Positions 50,802-57,852 of a DNA stretch of 64,000 nt are shown piece after piece. The notes beneath the pieces were generated by a model, which made no database searches, had not been told where the DNA came from, and saw only the letters and a list, made by a program, of their open reading frames with translations. The position numbers were made by a program, and so were the translations under genes. Source of the stretch: Oscillospiraceae bacterium. Lineage in GTDB: Bacteria; Bacillota; Clostridia; Oscillospirales; Acutalibacteraceae. How positions within the stretch are numbered: position 1 is the first letter of the stretch; each line of letters begins with the position of its first letter. The stretch spans positions 9,475 through 73,474 of the forward strand of contig CADARP010000012.1 in the NCBI GenBank assembly GCA_902790325.1, read 5' to 3'.

Positions 50802-53074
50802 AACAGGTACTTTGCAGCAGATGCAAAAAACGGCCGGCGATGTTTTTTATCACCAAGATGGAAGGCGATAAAAGCACGCAGGAAGGGCTTTGCATGAAGT
50901 GCGCGATGGATATGAATATTGGCCCCATCAAGCAGATGATGCAGAGCATGGGCATATCCGAGGACGAGATTGACGACGTGTCCGCACACTATGACGAGAT
51001 GTTCGGCACGGACGGTTCGTTTGAATCCGGCGGCGCCGGAACGCTGCCGTTTATGCAGATGTTCGGACAAGGCGACGCACAGCAGCCGGATCAGGACGCG
51101 CCCGCCGAAGAAGATAAAAAGAAAAAGCGCAGAAAAGAAAAGAAACCGCAGGAGAAAAAGGAACGTAAATTCCTTTCGCTCTACTGTACGGATCTGACGG
51201 AAAAAGCGCGCGCAGGCAAGATCGACCGCATCATCGGCCGCGAAAAAGAGATCGAGCGCACGGTGCAGATTCTGTGCCGCCGCTCGAAGAACAATCCCTG
51301 CCTGATCGGCGAGCCGGGCGTGGGCAAGACAGCGATCGCCGAAGGACTTGCGATCCGGATCGCATCGGGAAACGTTCCGGTGCGGCTGCTGGATAAAGAG
51401 ATCCATCTGCTGGATCTGACCGCGCTTGTTGCGGGCACCCAGTTCCGCGGCCAGTTCGAGAGCCGCATCAAGGGATTGGTCGAAGAGGTCAAGCAGGAGG
51501 GGAACATTATTCTGTTTATCGACGAGGTGCATTCTCTCGTCGGTACGGGCGACGCCGAGGGTTCCATGAACGCGGCGAATATCCTCAAACCTTCGCTATC
51601 GCGCGGTGAGATCCAGATCATCGGCGCGACGACATTCACGGAATACCGCAAATATATCGAAAAGGATGCGGCGCTCGAGCGGCGTCTGCAGCCGGTCAAG
51701 GTCGAGGAGCCGTCCATCGACGATACGTGCGAGATGCTGGCCGGCGTGAAATCGTACTATGAAAACTTCCATGCCGTGCGCGTGAGCGATTCTCTCATCC
51801 GCAAGGCAGTGGTGCTGTCCGAGCGATACATCAACGACCGTTTCCTGCCCGACAAGGCGATCGATCTGCTCGATGAGGCGTGCACATGCGCGAATCTGCG
51901 CAACAAAGCGATCGGTGAGCTGGAGCTCTGCCGCCGTCGTATCGACGAGCTGAACGCGCAGCAGCAGTCGCTCATGGAGCAGCCGGACCAGACGGATTAC
52001 GAGGAGATCGCCAAGATCAAATCCGAGCTGATCGTCGAGGAAGAAAACCGCGAGAAGCTGGAAGCGCAGGCGGCGGACTGCTATGTGACCGAAGACGACC
52101 TTGCGCATGTTATCCAGCTTTGGACAGGCATTCCCGCCAGCAAGATCATCGAGAGCGATATGCGCCGTCTGGCCGGACTTGCCGACCGGCTGCGCGAAAA
52201 GATCATCGGCCAGGACGAAGCGATCGACGTTGTGGCGGCGGCAGTGCGCCGCAGCCGCGTGCAGATCAGTCCGCGCCGCAGACCGTCGTCGTTCATCTTT
52301 GTCGGCCCCACCGGCGTGGGCAAAACGGAGCTGGTCAAGCAGCTTGCCGCGGAGCTTTTCGATACGCCGGAAACACTCATTCGGCTCGATATGTCCGAGT
52401 TTATGGAGAAGCACTCCGTGTCGCGCATCATCGGCTCGCCGCCCGGTTACGTCGGTTATGACGAAGCGGGACAGTTGACGGAAAAAGTACGCCGCAAACC
52501 GTATTCGGTGATCCTGTTTGACGAGATCGAAAAGGCACATCCGGACGTGATGAACATCCTGCTGCAGATCCTTGACGAAGGGCGCATCACCGACGCGCAG
52601 GGACGCACGGTCAACTTTGAAAACACCGTCATCATCATGACGTCCAACGCAGGGTCCGACCGCAGAGAGGGCGCGCTCGGTTTCGGCAAGACGAAACAGG
52701 AAGCGTCTGCGGAGAAAGCGATGAAGGCGCTGCGGGATTTCCTGCGGCCGGAATTCATCGGACGTGTGGACGAGATCGTGGTATTCCATGATTTGTCTGG
52801 CGAGTCGATGAAAAAGATCGCGAATCTGATGCTCACGGAGCTTGTGGAACCGCTGCGCGACAAGGGCGTGAAGCTGACGTGGACGCAGGACGTTCCGGCT
52901 GCGCTGGCGGAGAAGGCGAGCGGCGGCGAACGCGGTGCGCGTGACCTGCGCAACGCAGTGCGCAAGAACGTCGAGGACAGGATTGCGTCGATCCTGGTCA
53001 ACCGTATTGACACGCCGCCGACCGAAATGCGTGTCACAGCCTTTGCAGGCGATATATTCGTAGAAGCAGACTAA
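50798..53074 (+). CDS. Clp/Hsp100-family AAA+ ATPase (ClpC/ClpA-like, two NBDs) with an N-terminal C4 zinc-ribbon in place of Clp_N repeats
   Basis: CSRCKK...CMKC at the N-terminus and a KKKKRRKEKKPQEKKERK linker. NBD1 GEPGVGKTAI and NBD2 GPTGVGKTEL, with a sensor/arginine-finger region. Confidence 0.85.
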   Translation: MKQVLCSRCKKRPAMFFITKMEGDKSTQEGLCMKCAMDMNIGPIKQMMQSMGISEDEIDDVSAHYDEMFGTDGSFESGGAGTLPFMQMFGQGDAQQPDQDAPAEEDKKKKRRKEKKPQEKKERKFLSLYCTDLTEKARAGKIDRIIGREKEIERTVQILCRRSKNNPCLIGEPGVGKTAIAEGLAIRIASGNVPVRLLDKEIHLLDLTALVAGTQFRGQFESRIKGLVEEVKQEGNIILFIDEVHSLVGTGDAEGSMNAANILKPSLSRGEIQIIGATTFTEYRKYIEKDAALERRLQPVKVEEPSIDDTCEMLAGVKSYYENFHAVRVSDSLIRKAVVLSERYINDRFLPDKAIDLLDEACTCANLRNKAIGELELCRRRIDELNAQQQSLMEQPDQTDYEEIAKIKSELIVEEENREKLEAQAADCYVTEDDLAHVIQLWTGIPASKIIESDMRRLAGLADRLREKIIGQDEAIDVVAAAVRRSRVQISPRRRPSSFIFVGPTGVGKTELVKQLAAELFDTPETLIRLDMSEFMEKHSVSRIIGSPPGYVGYDEAGQLTEKVRRKPYSVILFDEIEKAHPDVMNILLQILDEGRITDAQGRTVNFENTVIIMTSNAGSDRREGALGFGKTKQEASAEKAMKALRDFLRPEFIGRVDEIVVFHDLSGESMKKIANLMLTELVEPLRDKGVKLTWTQDVPAALAEKASGGERGARDLRNAVRKNVEDRIASILVNRIDTPPTEMRVTAFAGDIFVEAD

Positions 53075-53124
53075 AGCGATCCGAACAAAATGCAATATTG
53101 CATTGAGTTTTTCACCGGAATCTC

Positions 53125-53153
53125 TTGACAAAACGGCGGTGATTTGCTACAAT
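53125..53153 (+). promoter_or_regulatory. Consensus sigma-70 promoter of the tRNA-Gly/tRNA-Arg pair
   Basis: TTGACA (53125-53130), a 17-nt spacer, then TACAAT (53148-53153), about 19 nt upstream of the first tRNA. Confidence 0.7.
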
Positions 53154-53171
53154 AATCACCGTCGTAAATAT

Positions 53172-53245
53172 GCGGGTGTAGTTCAATGGCAGAATCCCAG
53201 CCTTCCAAGCTGGTTGTGTGGGTTCGATTCCCATCACCCGCTCCA
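53172..53245 (+). tRNA. tRNA-Gly (anticodon UCC), CCA encoded
   Basis: Acceptor stem GCGGGUG/CACCCGC, anticodon stem CCAGC/GCUGG with loop CUUCCAA, T loop UUCGAUU. Confidence 0.9.
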
Positions 53246-53249
53246 TTTT

Positions 53250-53326
53250 GCGCCTGTAGCTCAGCTGGATAGAGCATCTGCCTTCTAAGCAGAGGGCCAG
53301 GGGTTCGAGTCCCTTCAGGCGCGCCA
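53250..53326 (+). tRNA. tRNA-Arg (anticodon UCU), CCA encoded
   Basis: Acceptor stem GCGCCUG/CAGGCGC, D arm AGCUCAGCUGGAUAGAGC, anticodon loop CUUCUAA, T loop UUCGAGU. Confidence 0.9.
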
Positions 53327-53328
53327 CG

Positions 53329-53377
53329 CTGGAACGACTATTTTGATACAATGTAGTCGTTCCAGCTTTTTCTTTTC
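53329..53377 (+). terminator. Rho-independent terminator of the tRNA operon
   Basis: Perfect 12-bp stem ctggaacgacta / tagtcgttccag followed by ctttttcttttc. Confidence 0.8.
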
Positions 53378-53437
53378 AAATCGTTGATAAATAAGGGATT
53401 GCGACGAGCCACAGGTTCAAAATGAATACGTTATACG

Positions 53438-53481
53438 GCGCAGAAGAGCACAATTTGAGGCTTTTCTGCGCTGCTTTTTTT
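53438..53481 (+). terminator. Second terminator-like hairpin inside the island junction
   Basis: 11-bp stem gcgcagaagag / cttttctgcgc (one G-T pair) followed by tgcttttttt. There is no obvious upstream gene for it to terminate. Confidence 0.45.
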
Positions 53482-53498
53482 ATGGGCTTTCGGCAAAA

Positions 53499-53545
53499 TT
53501 GCAACCGGTTGCAGGGGGTTGCAGGGGGTTGCAAGGGGGTTGCAT
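53499..53545 (+). repeat. Helically phased direct-repeat array (5 x TTGCA; core GGTTGCAGGGG) beginning with the palindrome TGCAACCGGTTGCA
   Basis: TTGCA occurs at 53499, 53509, 53519, 53529 and 53540 (spacing 10, 10, 10, 11 bp): ttgcaaccgg ttgcaggggg ttgcaggggg ttgcaaggggg ttgca. An AT-rich tract follows, and the array lies 75 nt upstream of the HTH gene. Confidence 0.85.
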
Positions 53546-53619
53546 TTCAAAAAATTTTAAATTTAGGGGGGAAACATTGGCCGTTTTCGTGTCCGTGTAG
53601 TGGAAGGGAGTGTTTTTTC

Positions 53620-54003
53620 GTGACGGAACGAGATAAATCTATCATCCTTGCTATGCGAGAAAACGGCGAATCATATTCGGAAATTGCGAACGCTCTCCGG
53701 ATTCCTGTCGGAACCGTAAAGGCATTATGCAGCCGCGAAAAGAAAACGGACACGAACGCGGGTGTCCTCTGTCTGACCTGTGGCGCACCAATCCCTGCGT
53801 TATCTCACGGGAAAGCGAAGAGGTTCTGCAGTCGACGCTGCTACAACAAGTGGTGGCACGCAAACCATACCGATCGGACGACGTACAACCGCACCTGCCC
53901 GGTCTGCGGTAAGGTGTTCACCGTCCGATCCAATAAGTGTCAGAAGTATTGCTCGGCAGATTGCTATCAGGCGGCGCGAAAGGCAGGCGGCGAACATGAA
54001 TAA
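53620..54003 (+). CDS. Sigma-70 region-4-like HTH protein with a C-terminal double zinc-ribbon (recombinase-module accessory/regulator)
   Basis: GTG at 53620 after GGAAGGGAG. ENGESYSEIANALRIPVGTVKALCSR is the HTH. CLTCG...CSRRCYNKWWH...CPVCG...YCSADCY are the Cys clusters. The upstream part of the track ORF (53422-53619) reads through the repeat array and is rejected. Confidence 0.7.
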   Translation: MTERDKSIILAMRENGESYSEIANALRIPVGTVKALCSREKKTDTNAGVLCLTCGAPIPALSHGKAKRFCSRRCYNKWWHANHTDRTTYNRTCPVCGKVFTVRSNKCQKYCSADCYQAARKAGGEHE

Positions 54004-54166
54004 GGATCTATTTGAATCGCTGCTTGCCTACAAAAGCATCATGGCACAGGCGAAGGTTCTGCTCCGGCGGGGCATCATAACGAAACGAGAGTACGCGCAT
54101 TTTGATACAATGTTCACCAAAAAGTACGGGTTATCTTTGGATAGTATTTTTCGGGAAAAGAGTTGA
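53996..54166 (+). CDS. Small (56 aa) SHOCT-like protein
   Basis: The ATG at 53996 overlaps the end of the HTH gene by 8 nt. LLRRGIITKREYAHFDTMFTKKY resembles the SHOCT G-x-I[TS]-x-x-E[YF] motif. Confidence 0.5.
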   Translation: MNKDLFESLLAYKSIMAQAKVLLRRGIITKREYAHFDTMFTKKYGLSLDSIFREKS

Positions 54167-54212
54167 AGTGTAGGCGGTTTAGAGCAAATATGGAGGCGGA
54201 GGTGAAAACGCA

Positions 54213-55511
54213 ATGCAAATCAAAAAACTGCCGACACTTCCGACGCTCCAGAAGAAAAAACAGGTTGCCGCATACGCACGTGTGTCAACGGGCAAGGACG
54301 CAATGCTGCACTCTTTGTCGGCGCAGGTCAGCTATTACAGCGCATACATCCAAAAACAGCCGGAATGGCTGTACTGCGGTGTGTATGTGGACGAAGCGAT
54401 CACAGGGACCAAAACGGAACGACCGGAGTTTCAGCGGCTTCTTGCCGACTGCCGTTCCGGAAAGATCGATATGATCATCACAAAGTCCATTTCCCGCTTT
54501 GCGCGAAACACTGTCACACTGCTTGAAACGGTGCGTGAATTAAAGGCACTTGGCATCGACGTATTTTTTGAAGAGCCGAATATTCACACGTTGAGCGCAG
54601 CCGGTGAAATGATGCTGACGATTCTGGCGTCGGTCGCACAGGAAGAGAGCCGTATGACGAGTGAGCGCATGAAATGGCGCGTGCGGAAGAATTTTGAAGA
54701 AGGCGTTCCATGGAATGTGACGATCCTCGGCTACACTCTACGCAACGGGCGCTTTGTAGTCGTACCGGAAGAAGCCGCGGTCGTGCGTCAGATTTTCGAC
54801 CTGTATATGGAGGGAAAAGGCTACGCCGCTATCGCCGACATACTGAACGCGGCTGACGCGAAAACGCGGTACGGACGCACGTGGAACCACACATCCGTGC
54901 GCTGGGTGCTGCGGAACTACGCCTACACCGGAAACCTTCTCCTGCAGACGACATACTCCGAAAACCATATCACGAAGCGCATGCGTCCAAATACGGGCGA
55001 AATGCCCATGTACCACGCGCAAGGTACACACGAGGCGATCATACCGCAAGAACTCTATGATGCCGTACAGCGCGAAATAGAGCGTCGTGACGCGAAGTAT
55101 TCTGACGCCGATAAACGCAGACAGACGCCGCTGGCGGGAAAAGTGTTCTGCGGCATCTGCGGCAAACGCTGTAGACGTAAGAAACGGCATGATAGGCAGG
55201 TGTGGATTTGCAACACGTTCAACGTGCACGGAAAAGACGCCTGTCCTGCAAGAGCAGTACCGGAGGATATTCTGATGCCGCTGGTTGAGGGCATCGACGT
55301 TGAACGAATTGATATTTGTAATAATAATCTGATCCGGATTCAGACAACCGGCGGTGACGTAGTGGAGCGCACATGGGCGCTGACGTCACGCCGCGACAGT
55401 TGGACACCGGAGATGAGAGAGAAAGCGAGGGAAAGAGCCAATGGCAGTTGTAACCAAAATACCAGCGACGAAAAACAAATTCACGTCGGCGTCGGCATCG
55501 CAAACGCATAA
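54213..55511 (+). CDS. Large serine recombinase 1 (resolvase catalytic domain, recombinase domain, zinc ribbon)
   Basis: VAAYARVSTGKD (catalytic Ser), IDMIITKSISRFARNT, recombinase-domain YGRTWNHTSVRWVLRNYAYTG, zinc ribbon CGICGKRC...CNTF...CP. Confidence 0.9.
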   Translation: MQIKKLPTLPTLQKKKQVAAYARVSTGKDAMLHSLSAQVSYYSAYIQKQPEWLYCGVYVDEAITGTKTERPEFQRLLADCRSGKIDMIITKSISRFARNTVTLLETVRELKALGIDVFFEEPNIHTLSAAGEMMLTILASVAQEESRMTSERMKWRVRKNFEEGVPWNVTILGYTLRNGRFVVVPEEAAVVRQIFDLYMEGKGYAAIADILNAADAKTRYGRTWNHTSVRWVLRNYAYTGNLLLQTTYSENHITKRMRPNTGEMPMYHAQGTHEAIIPQELYDAVQREIERRDAKYSDADKRRQTPLAGKVFCGICGKRCRRKKRHDRQVWICNTFNVHGKDACPARAVPEDILMPLVEGIDVERIDICNNNLIRIQTTGGDVVERTWALTSRRDSWTPEMREKARERANGSCNQNTSDEKQIHVGVGIANA

Positions 55512-57021
55512 ACGCCGCGTCGCCGCATACGCCCGTGTATCCACGGATAAGGACGAGCAGCTCACCAGCTATAAGGCGCAGGTGGACTATTACAAAAAAT
55601 ACATTCAGAACAACGATGAGTGGGAATACGTCGATGTGTATGCAGACGAAGGCATCACGGGGACGAGCACGAAAAGCCGTAAGAGATTTAACGAAATGAT
55701 CGCCGACGCGCTTGCCGGAAAGATCGACTTGATTATCACAAAATCGGTTTCCCGTTTCGCTCGGAACACGGTGGACACGCTCGTCAACATCCGCAAGCTG
55801 AAAGATGCCGGTGTCGAGTGTTTTTTTGAAGAACAGGGCATTTGGACGTTCGATAGCACGGGTGAACTGATGATCACTATGCTCTCCTCTATCGCACAGG
55901 AAGAAGCCCGCAATATTTCCGAGAACGTTACATGGGGACACCGTAAGCGGTTTGAGGACGGCAAGATTATGCTGGCGTACAAACGCTTTCTCGGTTATGA
56001 CCGTGGTGAAGATGGTAAGCCGGTCATCAATCCGGAAGAAGCTGAGATTGTACGTCAGATTTACAGATGGTTTATTGAAGGCAAGACGCCGTTCATGATC
56101 TGTAAGGAATTGGAGGCGCTGGGGATTAAAACGCCCGGTGAGAAAGAGAAATGGGGGCGGAGTACGGTTATCAGTATTCTCTCCAATGAAAAATACAAAG
56201 GTGATGCCCTGTTGCAGAAGAGCTTCACGGTGGATTTCCTGACGAAAAAGACCAAAAAGAATGAGGGGGAAGTTCCGCAGTATTACGTCGAGGGCAGCCA
56301 TCCTGCCATTATCAATCCGAAGGAATGGGATTATGTGCAGGCGGAACTTGCCCGCCGCAAAATCATCGGTAAAGCGTACAGTGGTACGAGTGTATTCTCT
56401 TCTCGATTGGTCTGCGCCGACTGCGGTGATTTCTTCGGGCAGAAAGTATGGCACTCCACTGATGCGTACAGAAAAGAGATATGGCGATGCAACCACAAAT
56501 TTGACGGCGATAAGCAATGCAGCACGCCACACCTTGTCGTGGAGCAGATTCAGGCTCTATTTCTGCAGGCGTACAACGAACTGATGCGTGATCGCAGTCA
56601 GGTGATCGCCGACTGTGGAGTTATGCGTGACGCTCTTTTGGATACTACAGACATTCAGAAGCAGATCGCAAAGGTCGATGAGGAGATGGAGATCACCGCA
56701 GCTTTGGTCGCTGCCGCCGTCAAAGAGAACGCAACGTTGCCTCAGTCGCAGGAAGAATACAATGAGAAATATGCTGCGCTTGAGGAACGGTTCTTGGAAC
56801 AGAAAGACAAACGCGCCGCCCTTGAGGCGAAGATCGCAGAACGAAAAGCGAGAGCGCATGAACTGGATTTGTTCACATACGCTCTCGCGGAAAGTGATTT
56901 AATTGTGTCAGAGTGGGATGAACAGTTGTGGTTGACACTGATCGAAAAAGGCACTGTCCTGCCGGAAGGCAGCATCAGTTTTCTGTTCAAAAACGGAACG
57001 GAGATATTGGCGGCAATGTAA
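55441..57021 (+). CDS. Large serine recombinase 2 (with a C-terminal coiled coil)
   Basis: VAAYARVSTDKDEQ, IDLIITKSVSRFARNT, WGRSTVISILSNEKYKGD, zinc ribbon CADCG...CNHKF...C. Its start overlaps recombinase 1 by 71 nt. Confidence 0.9.
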   Translation: MAVVTKIPATKNKFTSASASQTHKRRVAAYARVSTDKDEQLTSYKAQVDYYKKYIQNNDEWEYVDVYADEGITGTSTKSRKRFNEMIADALAGKIDLIITKSVSRFARNTVDTLVNIRKLKDAGVECFFEEQGIWTFDSTGELMITMLSSIAQEEARNISENVTWGHRKRFEDGKIMLAYKRFLGYDRGEDGKPVINPEEAEIVRQIYRWFIEGKTPFMICKELEALGIKTPGEKEKWGRSTVISILSNEKYKGDALLQKSFTVDFLTKKTKKNEGEVPQYYVEGSHPAIINPKEWDYVQAELARRKIIGKAYSGTSVFSSRLVCADCGDFFGQKVWHSTDAYRKEIWRCNHKFDGDKQCSTPHLVVEQIQALFLQAYNELMRDRSQVIADCGVMRDALLDTTDIQKQIAKVDEEMEITAALVAAAVKENATLPQSQEEYNEKYAALEERFLEQKDKRAALEAKIAERKARAHELDLFTYALAESDLIVSEWDEQLWLTLIEKGTVLPEGSISFLFKNGTEILAAM

Positions 57022-57114
57022 GTACATTCATCTACAAAGAAAACAATGAAACGAAAAAGTGTTTGTATAAATTGGTTGCAGGGCTAAAGAAGTTCACCTT
57101 GAGGATAAATGCCA

Positions 57115-57321
57115 TCAATTTTTATCCCAGCGATTTGCGTCTGTCCAGCGAAACTTGGGCGTTGTTTCTTTTCGATCACATCCTGCTTTGCATTTGTCTC
57201 TTCCCCAGATATTACACACTTCATGTGTCATCCCATCAATAGGATAAACGTGGTGATGAATGCAATCAATGCAATACTCTGTTTCTGGTATACCATCCAC
57301 ATTATTGTGATAAACGTCCAA
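57115..57321 (-). CDS. Mini Cys/His-rich protein, possible minimal HNH-like fold (68 aa)
   Basis: CIDC-I-HHHVYPIDG...N-IW...CKAGCD follows the CxxC...HH.xP..G...N...CxxC[H/D] order of HNH nucleases. Same strand as the operon, 100 nt downstream of it. A short ORF, so it could be spurious. Confidence 0.35.
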   Translation of the reverse strand: MDVYHNNVDGIPETEYCIDCIHHHVYPIDGMTHEVCNIWGRDKCKAGCDRKETTPKFRWTDANRWDKN

Positions 57322-57420
57322 TTACGCTCACTCCTTTAAAAATGAAAAATGATGTAATAAATCATAAGGTTGTAGTATTAGTTCGTTTGTTTTCTTTTGA
57401 GATCTTTCCTTAGGTGAATG

Positions 57421-57852
57421 TCAAGGGTTTGCAGCAACATTCTTCTCATACAAGAATTGTAAATCCTGTAATACGCGCTTCTCCAGTAATTCTTGATCAC
57501 CTCCAGCGGAATTAATAATGTCTCTCAGCTTTTTGAATCCGGACTCAGCACACCGTTCTGCTTCATCGTAATTGATTTCGCGATTTGCATATCGATCGAT
57601 GTCGTCTTTATTTTCTGGGATCCCAAGCAAAATTGAAGCAAACAGTGCAAGGTCATATGATTTAATGTTTTTGAGCAAGAAATACCCGTCTTTTTTTCCT
57701 TTCATTTCTTCTGGTGAGTCTAAACCAAGTGCCGTTGCTAAAAGGAAGATGTCTTTTGCGTCCATCATATGCATCCCAAGTGTATTGTTTTCATTGCACT
57801 CATGAAGCAGACCATCTCGCAGGGAACTATTGATGAAAATTCTATCACGCAT
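57421..57852 (-). CDS. Hypothetical protein, DndE-sized and possibly DndE-like (143 aa from ATG 57852; the track ORF extends to 57960)
   Basis: The ATG at 57852 overlaps the last codons and TGA of the upstream ATPase gene (GATGCGTGA), which suggests translational coupling. It sits directly after a DndD-like gene, as dndE does. KKDGYFLLKNI...LALFASILLG is loosely reminiscent of DndE; this is recollection and needs an HMM check. Confidence 0.45.
   Translation of the reverse strand: MRDRIFINSSLRDGLLHECNENNTLGMHMMDAKDIFLLATALGLDSPEEMKGKKDGYFLLKNIKSYDLALFASILLGIPENKDDIDRYANREINYDEAERCAESGFKKLRDIINSAGGDQELLEKRVLQDLQFLYEKNVAANP

Noticed and set aside
53422-53619. N-terminal extension of the HTH protein ORF (the track start at 53422).
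   Set aside because: The extension reads straight through the terminator-like hairpin and the GGTTGCAGGGG repeat array (translated as QGVAGGCKGVA). A GTG with a good RBS at 53620 begins exactly where the HTH domain starts.
55219-56532. 437-aa minus-strand ORF across the two serine recombinase genes.
   Set aside because: It lies opposite two genes with unambiguous recombinase motifs, and its translation has no recognisable domain. It is most likely a shadow ORF.
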